A DNA stretch of 32,000 nucleotides, from the NCBI GenBank assembly GCA_964514965.1, contig CAZETV010000002.1, forward strand, positions 188,545-220,544, read 5' to 3'. The DNA comes from Candidatus Hadarchaeota archaeon. Lineage in GTDB: Archaea; Hadarchaeota; Hadarchaeia; Hadarchaeales; Hadarchaeaceae. The translations under genes and the position numbers were made by a program. Positions 13,260-19,663 of this stretch are shown here, piece by piece. Numbering within the stretch: position 1 is the first letter of the stretch; each line of letters begins with the position of its first letter. A model generated the notes under the pieces. It saw only the letters and a list, made by a program, of their open reading frames with translations, was not told where the DNA came from and did not search any database.

Positions 13260-14288
13260 CTAACTTGGTATCACCTCTTTCACGAGGCGTTGCTTATTGA
13301 CAAGATCGACGGGCCCCTTAACCTTCGTCGCTAAGATATCGAGAACCAGTTCTTCGAGCCGCTTCTCGCCGTCGCCTAGCACCATGAGTCCTTGAGCGAC
13401 CATTATACAGGCCCGCGTCCCAGGCTTCTCGGCATCGGGCAGTTTTTCCCTTATCTTTCTGATAATCTCCACTATCCTCCGCGCATCTGCGTCGGATACT
13501 CCCGAATGCGCCGTCGTGATCTCCACCTCGGTCTCTGGGTCGTAGAAGTCCATGTAGATTCCAACGGTGCGATCAAGCAGCGCGTCCTGCGGGCGGTGCA
13601 CCCCGGCGTAGTCGACCGAGTTGCTCGTGAATATCGCCATGAATTCCGGATGGGCCTTGATGTATCGCTCCTCGCCGAATCGCGTGGGGAGTTCCAGCAC
13701 GCCCTCTTGGAACACCGAAAGCAGGACGTTGTTAGCTTCAGGCTTCGCTCGGGAGAAATCGTTATAGACGAAGATGTAACCATTCTTGCACGCGATCGTC
13801 AGCGGGTTGTCCACCCAACCAGCTTTCAGGATATTTTTCGCCTTGAGGACGGTGTGAACGTAACGGTCGCGGATGCTCTCACTCTCCACCTGTGAGTAAC
13901 CACCAACGAGATCAGTCGTAGTCATTGACTCGTCTCCGTTCAGCCAGACCGTCGGCTTTCCCAGCTCTTCGGCCACTTTCATCGCGAGCGTGGTCTTCCC
14001 GCAGCCGGTCGGGCCAATGATGTGAACAGGGTAGCCGGCGTTGAGCCAGAGCTTCACCTTCTCCTTGAGTTTTTTGACTTGCTCGGTCTCGACGAAATGC
14101 TCGACCTTCGGCATCAGGTATCTGGTCTCCACCGTTTCAGCAGCGAGTTCAGGTCTCACAGTAATCGCTCGCTTAACGAATTCCGCGCGCTTCGCACGTT
14201 CCTCGCGCCACCGCTCTTTTGCCTCCTCCAAGGTCTCGGTGATTCGCTCTCCCCTGACTTTCTTAGGATGGGCCCGTCTCCATCTCAC
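13260..14288 (-). CDS. gvpN: Gas vesicle protein GvpN (MoxR-like AAA+ ATPase)
   Basis: FVETEQVKKLKEKVKLWLNAGYPVHIIGPTGCGKTTLAMKVAEELG. The 342-aa length is typical. The GTG at 14288 is preceded by GGAGG. Confidence 0.92.
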   Translation of the reverse strand: MRWRRAHPKKVRGERITETLEEAKERWREERAKRAEFVKRAITVRPELAAETVETRYLMPKVEHFVETEQVKKLKEKVKLWLNAGYPVHIIGPTGCGKTTLAMKVAEELGKPTVWLNGDESMTTTDLVGGYSQVESESIRDRYVHTVLKAKNILKAGWVDNPLTIACKNGYIFVYNDFSRAKPEANNVLLSVFQEGVLELPTRFGEERYIKAHPEFMAIFTSNSVDYAGVHRPQDALLDRTVGIYMDFYDPETEVEITTAHSGVSDADARRIVEIIRKIREKLPDAEKPGTRACIMVAQGLMVLGDGEKRLEELVLDILATKVKGPVDLVNKQRLVKEVIPS

Positions 14289-14338
14289 ATAATTGCCTCC
14301 GCTAACCCCTCCATGATAGGCTTATTTAGTTTTTCGTT

Positions 14339-14349
14339 TCGAAATTCGA
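14339..14349. promoter_or_regulatory. Perfect copy of the TCGAAWTTCGA palindrome abutting a TATA-like ATATAT element upstream of gvpN
   Basis: Plus strand tcgaaattcgatatatct. Read on the gvpN strand this is AGATATATCGAATTTCGA, 51-61 nt upstream of GTG 14288. Confidence 0.55.
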
Positions 14350-14397
14350 TATATCTAAGAAGTAAAATTTGAAAAAAGTAAGGGAATCAACCGTTAG

Positions 14398-14577
14398 CTA
14401 CTCGTACCAAAAGTCATTTACGTACTTGCCCACATCTTCTTTGTGGTATCTTTCAATCTCGTTTTGAAATTTTTTGGCTTCTCCGAGTAACTCCTTAGCG
14501 CCCCGTTCGATTTTTTTCACCGCAGCATCAATCGCTGCGCGCTTCGCCATCACGCCAGTCTTTTCCTTTTCAGCCAC
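14398..14577 (-). CDS. Short helical Lys/Glu-rich protein, paralog of 14637..15065 (GvpC slot)
   Basis: GVMAKRAAIDAAVKKIERGAKELL...FQNEIERYHKEDVGKYVNDFWYE aligns with both ends of the 142-aa neighbour. The GTG at 14577 follows a G6 Shine-Dalgarno-like run. The ORF track starts at TTG 14595. Confidence 0.6.
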   Translation of the reverse strand: MAEKEKTGVMAKRAAIDAAVKKIERGAKELLGEAKKFQNEIERYHKEDVGKYVNDFWYE

Positions 14578-14603
14578 CCTGCGCCCCCCTAACAATCATA
14601 ATT

Positions 14604-14630
14604 TGATAATAAATAAAAATAAAAGAAAGG
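14604..14630 (-). terminator. Oligo-T-rich stretch after the 142-aa gene (archaeal terminator-like; may also carry a TATA element)
   Basis: The minus strand reads CCCTTTCTTTTATTTTTATTTATTATC directly after the TAG at 14637-14639. Confidence 0.4.
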
Positions 14631-14636
14631 GGTAAT

Positions 14637-15065
14637 CTAACCGTACCAGAAGTTTTGGATAGCGTTACTGAAGTCTTCTTTCCTGTACCGCTTGAACTCG
14701 TTGCCTAACCGCTTGCATTCGTTGCTTAACTTCTTTGCATTGCTCAGGATTTGTTCGGTCCCCTTGCCGATCTTCGCTACTGCCTCCTCGTTCTCTTTGA
14801 CTTGCGCTTGGATCGCCGACTGAAGTTCACCTGCCCCAGTCTCTATCTTTTTGACAGCTTCCTCCACTTTATTGGTTGTCTCTTTAACTGCTGCTGTCAT
14901 CTGCTTGACTCCCTCGGTCATTCGTCTCTCTCCTTCTTTGTAAATGTCTTTGCCTGCTTTTTGAACATCTCTACTTGTCTTCTCAATCGCGGCACGCTTC
15001 GCTAAAACCCCCTTCTTCCCAATCTTCGGTTTTTCCACCTTAGGTGTATACTCCTCTTCTACCAT
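14637..15065 (-). CDS. Helical Lys/Glu/Ala-rich protein immediately downstream of gvpA (GvpC slot)
   Basis: 142 aa. GGGGGT lies 5 nt upstream of the ATG. The sequence is low in hydrophobic residues and repeat-like (AVKETTNKVEEAVKKIETGAGELQSAIQAQVKENEEAVAKIGKG). The C-terminus is EFKRYRKEDFSNAIQNFWYG. Confidence 0.7.
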   Translation of the reverse strand: MVEEEYTPKVEKPKIGKKGVLAKRAAIEKTSRDVQKAGKDIYKEGERRMTEGVKQMTAAVKETTNKVEEAVKKIETGAGELQSAIQAQVKENEEAVAKIGKGTEQILSNAKKLSNECKRLGNEFKRYRKEDFSNAIQNFWYG

Positions 15066-15088
15066 TTTCTACCCCCTAAATAATTGAA

Positions 15089-15107
15089 CGGGCCCTCGCG
15101 GGGCCCG
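15089..15107 (-). terminator. GC-rich hairpin between gvpA and the next gene (attenuator/terminator-like)
   Basis: cgggccc (15089-15095) pairs with gggcccg (15101-15107): a 7-bp G/C stem with a 5-nt loop, 24 nt after the gvpA stop. Confidence 0.5.
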
Positions 15108-15130
15108 CCACGATCTCAGGCCGAGGCTCT

Positions 15131-15352
15131 CTAAGGCGCAGCTGGTGCACCGATCGCAGCTGCCTCGATTTTCGTCATCTCTTCCGCGTAGTGGACGAAG
15201 GTGTCGACTGACGCCACTACCACACGAGCCTCAACAGTAAGTATCTCAATTCCAACTAGCGAAACTCGTGCCCAGACATCGACGACAATCCCCTTGTCGA
15301 GGATTCGATCGAGAACCTCTGCCAAGTTACTAATTGCTGGTCTAGCTGCCAT
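15131..15352 (-). CDS. gvpA: Major gas vesicle structural protein GvpA
   Basis: 73 aa. [48 protein letters not shown] is near-canonical GvpA. GGGAGGT lies 6 nt upstream of the ATG. Confidence 0.97.
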   Translation of the reverse strand: MAARPAISNLAEVLDRILDKGIVVDVWARVSLVGIEILTVEARVVVASVDTFVHYAEEMTKIEAAAIGAPAAP

Positions 15353-15389
15353 TTCCTAACCTCCCTATTTTTTCATATGAACTTCCCCG

Positions 15390-15818
15390 ATGTTTTTAAA
15401 CGAATTTTTTCTCGAAACTCACATCAGGAGTTGTTTTGAAATTCGAAAGTTGCATGATTCAGAAAGTTTATTTACAATCAATTCCAACTCTAAACGATGG
15501 GGTGAAGATTTGTCTGCTCGTAGAAATTTTTACAGAAGGATTGAGTTGCGCAGGGCATGGCTCGAGCGAAAGAAGCGAGCGACCGCCGCGATACAGGATC
15601 TCCGCTGGAAGCGACGGGCAGCCAAGCTGGGGAAAAAGCCTGCCCCTGAGGAAAAAGAAGCCCCAACTGAGGAAAAGGCCCCCGTGGAGGAAACCAGAGA
15701 GGAAGTTCCCGAAGAGAAAGCTCCCCAAGCGCCAAAAGATGAAGCGCCTGAGAAAAAGCCCACAGAAGAGGCGCCGCCCGAGAAGACTGGAGTCCCGCCC
15801 GCGCTCTTTCCCGAGTAA
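15390..15818 (+). CDS. Possible low-complexity protein: basic N-terminal half, Pro/Glu/Lys-rich (PEEK-type) C-terminal half
   Basis: 142-aa ORF divergent from gvpA. Several frames are open here because of GA-rich low complexity. This frame has neighbour-like codon choice (gag/aag/gcc). The nominal ATG overlaps the gvpA TATA box, so the start is doubtful. Confidence 0.3.
   Translation: MFLNEFFLETHIRSCFEIRKLHDSESLFTINSNSKRWGEDLSARRNFYRRIELRRAWLERKKRATAAIQDLRWKRRAAKLGKKPAPEEKEAPTEEKAPVEETREEVPEEKAPQAPKDEAPEKKPTEEAPPEKTGVPPALFPE
15393..15400 (-). promoter_or_regulatory. Candidate gvpA TATA box (TTTAAAAA on the gvpA strand)
   Basis: It lies 41-48 nt upstream of the gvpA ATG, leaving room for a leader of about 20 nt that carries the Shine-Dalgarno sequence. 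Confidence 0.5.
15436..15446. promoter_or_regulatory. One-mismatch copy of the TCGAAWTTCGA palindrome (ttgaaattcga) about 36-46 nt upstream of the gvpA TATA box
   Basis: Read directly. This is a UAS-like position relative to the putative TATA at 15393-15400. Confidence 0.45.
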
Positions 15819-16805
15819 TCACTTCCGAATAGAATCGAGCAGATATTTTTGAGCCGAGATGAAATCGTTTATTTTATCCTCCGCCACCCGCTTGCCCTCC
15901 TCAGTCAGCGTATAGACCTTCGAGCGCAGGTTCCCAGATTTCATGTCCAGAAGCTCGCGCCTTTTCAAGTCGTACAAAAGTGGGTAAACGGTGCCCTGGC
16001 TGAGGAAGGTGTGGTACTTCCGATAAATCGTCCGGATCAGATCGTAGCCGCACATCGGGTTTCGCAATAGCAGGGAAAGGGTGATGACCTCGAGGTGCTT
16101 CTTGACGAGCCTTTCCAAGGCTTTTCTGGGAATGGTCTCGGTTGAGAGCAGGCTTGGCAACTCGGATGAGCGGTAGTTGAATATCGACATTCGGTGCTCG
16201 TTGCGCGTCGAAACCACGACGTTTTCATGGAACTCCAACAACCTTCCGACCGCGTCATCCCTCAGGAAGTTGACATTGAATGCCGTTATCATCCGAAGCG
16301 GAAGGGATGATTTCACATTTCTCTGTTTGTATCTTCTCCTACCCCAGGCCAAGGGGATCTTCTCGCCCCTCTTCTCTAGGATTCCCCTCACGCAATCGAT
16401 GATAGTGTCGAAGGTGCTACGGGTCGGCAAAGAGCCGAAGTCAATACCCACCCTTATACCTTTGCCCTCTTGGGATCTGACGCGCCTGCATAATTCCCAA
16501 ACCTTGGAATTGAGTTCTTTGATTCCCCGCAAAATCCCTCCCTTCTCCATCGGGAGGAGATACAGCTTACCGGCTTCAACATACTTCCCGAGAACGTTCT
16601 CCGGATGTAGCTGGTCCTCCGTATTGTCGTACGCGAAAATACAGAGCTCGTCGTTCTCCAAACCACTCTCGATGAAAGAGAGAAGTGCCCCATAGACCTC
16701 GGTGCCTTCCCCATACAGAAAAAGTGAACAATCGTTTTTTTTCTGCTTGAAAAGAAAGACTTTATCGCTGATTGGCAGGGACACTTGTTGACCAACAGCC
16801 GTCAT
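15819..16805 (-). CDS. Transcription regulator: MEDS-like domain plus PadR-type winged helix (paralog of 4274..5149)
   Basis: 328 aa. LLLRNPMCGYDLIRTIYRKYHTFLSQGTVYPLLYDLKRRELLD...KVYTLTEEGKRV fits the PadR signature. The N-terminus CSLFLYGEGTEVYGALLSFIESGLENDELCIF parallels the other copy. Confidence 0.8.
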   Translation of the reverse strand: MTAVGQQVSLPISDKVFLFKQKKNDCSLFLYGEGTEVYGALLSFIESGLENDELCIFAYDNTEDQLHPENVLGKYVEAGKLYLLPMEKGGILRGIKELNSKVWELCRRVRSQEGKGIRVGIDFGSLPTRSTFDTIIDCVRGILEKRGEKIPLAWGRRRYKQRNVKSSLPLRMITAFNVNFLRDDAVGRLLEFHENVVVSTRNEHRMSIFNYRSSELPSLLSTETIPRKALERLVKKHLEVITLSLLLRNPMCGYDLIRTIYRKYHTFLSQGTVYPLLYDLKRRELLDMKSGNLRSKVYTLTEEGKRVAEDKINDFISAQKYLLDSIRK

Positions 16806-16810
16806 CGCCG

Positions 16811-16822
16811 CCCCCCCCCCCC
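16811..16822. repeat. Homopolymer C12 (G12 on the coding strand), 5 nt upstream of the ATG of the MEDS/PadR gene
   Basis: Counted directly: gtcatcgccg cccccccccc ccgacg. Confidence 0.95.
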
Positions 16823-17020
16823 GACGAATGAAGTTTTGCTAGACCCCTGTTGGTGTGGCGGGAGCGCGGCATAGAACTCCGATTTTTACCCGCTATAGGT
16901 GAACCTCCTCCCGTCTCTAACATGTCCAGCCTCCGAAATCTGGGTCAAGAGTTCCACCGGATGAAGTGAAAATGAACCCTAGAATAAAAGAGAGTCTAGC
17001 ATTTTTATCCGTTTTCATTT

Positions 17021-17031
17021 TTGAAATCCGA
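17021..17031. promoter_or_regulatory. Two-mismatch copy of the palindrome (ttgaaatccga) in the divergent region between the MEDS/PadR-2 and wHTH genes
   Basis: Read directly. This is weaker than the other sites. Confidence 0.3.
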
Positions 17032-17098
17032 AACGAAAGTCGTTTTGTAAATCGAAAAAATACAAAAGGGCGCGCTGTGATTTTATAGCGGGATTAGA

Positions 17099-17407
17099 TT
17101 GGACGTGAAAACCTTGAACACACTGAAGGAACTTGAAAGGTCCGGCACGGTGCCGATACTCTTAGCCATAAGCCGACTGGGGAGAGGGAAATTTACCGAC
17201 ATCCATTACGAGAGCATCCGGATGGGCTTTAGGGTCGGGAGCGGTGTCGTCAGCAGGCGACTTGACCAGTTATGCGCTCTGGGATGGGTTCAAAAGATAA
17301 AGAATGAAGAAAGGAGTAAAGTTTTCACCCTAACCGAGAAGTGGTTAAGGCTAGCTAAAGCTATCAAGGAATTCATCCGAAGTTTAGAACGAAACAAAGT
17401 TGAGTAA
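17099..17407 (+). CDS. Small winged-helix (MarR/ArsR-like) DNA-binding protein
   Basis: 102 aa (TTG 17099 or GTG 17105). The ...GTVPILLAISRLGRGKFTDI...GVVSRRLDQLCALGWVQKIKNEERSKVFTLTEKW pattern reads as helix-turn-helix plus wing. Confidence 0.65.
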   Translation: MDVKTLNTLKELERSGTVPILLAISRLGRGKFTDIHYESIRMGFRVGSGVVSRRLDQLCALGWVQKIKNEERSKVFTLTEKWLRLAKAIKEFIRSLERNKVE

Positions 17408-17450
17408 AATGAAACCGATGTTTTCCTGAGCGTTTTACCGCTGTCCTCAT

Positions 17451-18035
17451 TCAGGGCAACGACTCTACTAAGATGTCGGAGAGCAACCTCGACTTGACAT
17501 CGTGATCCGCCCCGATGAATAGGAGTCCTATCTCGTCGTCTTTTAGGGTGTCCCCGATCTCCCCTGCTATAAATGCATCGCGTGCGCGAAGGAGCTCACC
17601 CTTAACCTGATTATATCTGCGCTCGGCCTCAGCCCTCTCCTTACCCGTCCTAGCCTCGACGATCGCCTTGATGTGCTCGCGCTCCTTTTTCGATAGGTCT
17701 GGTTCCTCGGTGGCCTCGAGGGTCGCTCCCTTGCCGATTAATTTCCGAATGAGCTGGAAGTTCTTGCTCCCGGCATCTGCCACGGAGTTAACGATCTTCA
17801 TCCCGAGCTCCCCGCCGCACGGCAACCCGTCCTGATATATCCTGACGCGTGAATAATCCAGCCCGAGGGCATCCAGCTCGCGCTCGACCTCGCTCCAGAA
17901 TCGCTCAATCCTCCGCACATTCTCGATCCATCTCTGCTTCCCTAGCTTTGCGGCACTCACCCGCTCCAAGCTCTCGCGCACCGAGCCCATATCCTCCGGT
18001 GTGTGAACGATCGGTATGTACATAAGTTTTCTCAT
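17451..18035 (-). CDS. Hypothetical protein, last gene of the Hsp20-Hsp20 operon
   Basis: 194 aa, starting 14 nt after the upstream Hsp20 stop. No family recognised (N-terminus MRKLMYIPIVHTPEDMGS). Confidence 0.7.
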   Translation of the reverse strand: MRKLMYIPIVHTPEDMGSVRESLERVSAAKLGKQRWIENVRRIERFWSEVERELDALGLDYSRVRIYQDGLPCGGELGMKIVNSVADAGSKNFQLIRKLIGKGATLEATEEPDLSKKEREHIKAIVEARTGKERAEAERRYNQVKGELLRARDAFIAGEIGDTLKDDEIGLLFIGADHDVKSRLLSDILVESLP

Positions 18036-18049
18036 CTGACCATCAAATT

Positions 18050-18595
18050 TCAGCTTTCCGTCCTAGCTTTCTTCAGCTTTATCTCGAGGACGCCATGCTT
18101 GTAGCTTGTCGTTAGCTCGCCGCTGACGGGGGCCGGGAGTTCCACCCGCTCGCTGCAGTTTCGATCCCCTCGCTCGGCTGAAATCGTCAATACCGTCCCT
18201 TTTGCCTCGGCTCTTATATCGTGCTCCTCGACGCCGGGGAGCTCCGCCACCACTCGCAGGTGGTCTCCTTCATCGAAGACATCCACGGGGGGTTCCGTCC
18301 TTTCGGGCTCTCTCGGTGCGATCTTTTTAATCGGTCCCCTTCGTGTGGTTCTCGGCTTCTCACCCTCGATGATGTGCTTGACCGAATAGCCGCTTTCCAC
18401 ATGCGGGCGCAGGCTTCGATGCACGCCCCCGCGTATGTTTTCCTCTATTTGTTCGTTGACTTCCCTAAACCTCTGCTGGAACGCTGGCGATTGTAGCGCG
18501 AGGTCGACCAGATTGCTTAATCCGAGCTCCCTCAGTACGCCTTCCGCCATGCCCTCGCTTTTCTCTTCGGGCCTTTTCTTCTTCGCCATTTTCAC
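18050..18595 (-). CDS. Hsp20/alpha-crystallin small heat shock protein (GvpH-like paralog)
   Basis: PPVDVFDEGDHLRVVAELPGVEEHDIRAEAKGTVLTISAER...YKHGVLEIKLKK. The start is GTG 18595 (overlapping the upstream stop) or ATG 18589. Confidence 0.85.
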   Translation of the reverse strand: MKMAKKKRPEEKSEGMAEGVLRELGLSNLVDLALQSPAFQQRFREVNEQIEENIRGGVHRSLRPHVESGYSVKHIIEGEKPRTTRRGPIKKIAPREPERTEPPVDVFDEGDHLRVVAELPGVEEHDIRAEAKGTVLTISAERGDRNCSERVELPAPVSGELTTSYKHGVLEIKLKKARTES

Positions 18596-19119
18596 TCTGC
18601 CTTCTTCTTGAGCTTTACCTCTAGAACGCCGTTCTTGTAAGTCGACTCGAGTTCGCCCGTCACAGCCGCAGGAAGCTCAATTTCCTTCGAGTACTTTCGC
18701 TCCTTGGTCTCCGCTGAAATTTTCAGCGTTCGCTCTTTTATCTCGGTCTTGATGTCTTTCTCTTCAACCCCAGGAAGTTCCGCGATCACCGTTATCTCCT
18801 TCTCGTTCTCGAAGATGTCGACGAGTGGCTCCCTAACTTCTGCGACACCTAGCTTGAGCGTTGGTTTAATCGTGCCAAACCTGCTGAGCACCGGACCCTT
18901 TGGGCCGATCTTGACGCTCACCCCATACATCCCGTGGGGCAGCCTCCTTCGCTCGACTGAAACACCCGCCTTCTCTAGCTCCTTCGCCTCCTCGGCCAGC
19001 TTGGTAACTTGGCCGATAAACTCGCCGATCCCTGCGAACAATCCGCCTAGGTTGAGCCCCCACTCGATCACTGGCTCTGGCTTCTTCTCGGGATCTTTCT
19101 CCTTTTTTTCCTCCACCAT
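18592..19119 (-). CDS. Hsp20/alpha-crystallin small heat shock protein (GvpH-like paralog)
   Basis: 175 aa from the ATG at 19119 (GGAGGG lies 6-7 nt upstream). EPLVDIFENEKEITVIAELPGVEEKDIKTEIKERTLKISAE...YKNGVLEVKLKKK. The ORF-track start at 19197 adds an unlikely hydrophobic leader. Confidence 0.85.
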   Translation of the reverse strand: MVEEKKEKDPEKKPEPVIEWGLNLGGLFAGIGEFIGQVTKLAEEAKELEKAGVSVERRRLPHGMYGVSVKIGPKGPVLSRFGTIKPTLKLGVAEVREPLVDIFENEKEITVIAELPGVEEKDIKTEIKERTLKISAETKERKYSKEIELPAAVTGELESTYKNGVLEVKLKKKAE

Positions 19120-19241
19120 TTTTACATCCCTCCGAATCTCTATTTGGAATCCCCCATATATAAATGTTATCATTAGTGATGATATTTTTATAACCAAAAG
19201 TGATAAATATTAGAATGCGTTATTGTTATTTGGCGGTCAAC

Positions 19242-19598
19242 ATGGCAGTCTACCTGAGTCCTGAAGCCAGGCTTAAGCTCTGCAAGCTAATAGCGGACCG
19301 GATAAAGCGAGGGGATCTGAAGTTCTATGCAACTTTGAACAAGGTTGGGCTGAAGGGGCCGGCATTCTATGCGTACGTCGAGGGGCGAAGCGTGCCATCC
19401 GAGGAGGTCGTACCGAAGATAGTCTCTCTCGCCTTGGCGCTCGACCACGATGGGACGGTGAAGATTGTGGGGGAGGACCTGAAGGGGCTCACGGAGTTTG
19501 TCAATCAGATCTTGGGATTTGCCTCGGCGAGCATCTCTACCGTAGATCAAATCCTGGCGGGTATTATCGGGAGGACAAAGAAAAGGCCGAGGGGCTGA
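19242..19598 (+). CDS. Hypothetical protein divergent from the Hsp20 operon
   Basis: 118 aa from the ATG at 19242 (ORF track 19200). No family recognised. Confidence 0.5.
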   Translation: MAVYLSPEARLKLCKLIADRIKRGDLKFYATLNKVGLKGPAFYAYVEGRSVPSEEVVPKIVSLALALDHDGTVKIVGEDLKGLTEFVNQILGFASASISTVDQILAGIIGRTKKRPRG

Positions 19599-19663
19599 GA
19601 AATAGTCTGGCTCTGTAAAGCACCATTTTTGAAGTGGCCAGCCCAGTGATTATTTGCCCAGGA

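Noticed and set aside
15436-15822. The other four overlapping ORFs in the GA-rich region (15436..15852+, 15468..15728-, 15490..15822-, 15530..15763-)
   Set aside because: They are mutually exclusive frames opened by low-complexity sequence. Only the 15390 frame has neighbour-like codon usage, and even that one is low confidence.
16811-16822. G-quadruplex interpretation of the G12 tract
   Set aside because: A single uninterrupted run could at best form a weak two-tetrad structure. Slippage or Shine-Dalgarno spacing effects are the simpler reading.
19120-19241. C/D-box sRNA suggested by GTGATGA at about 19175
   Set aside because: There is no matching D box (CTGA) or terminal stem at a suitable distance. 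The region is better explained as the divergent Hsp20/118-aa promoter.
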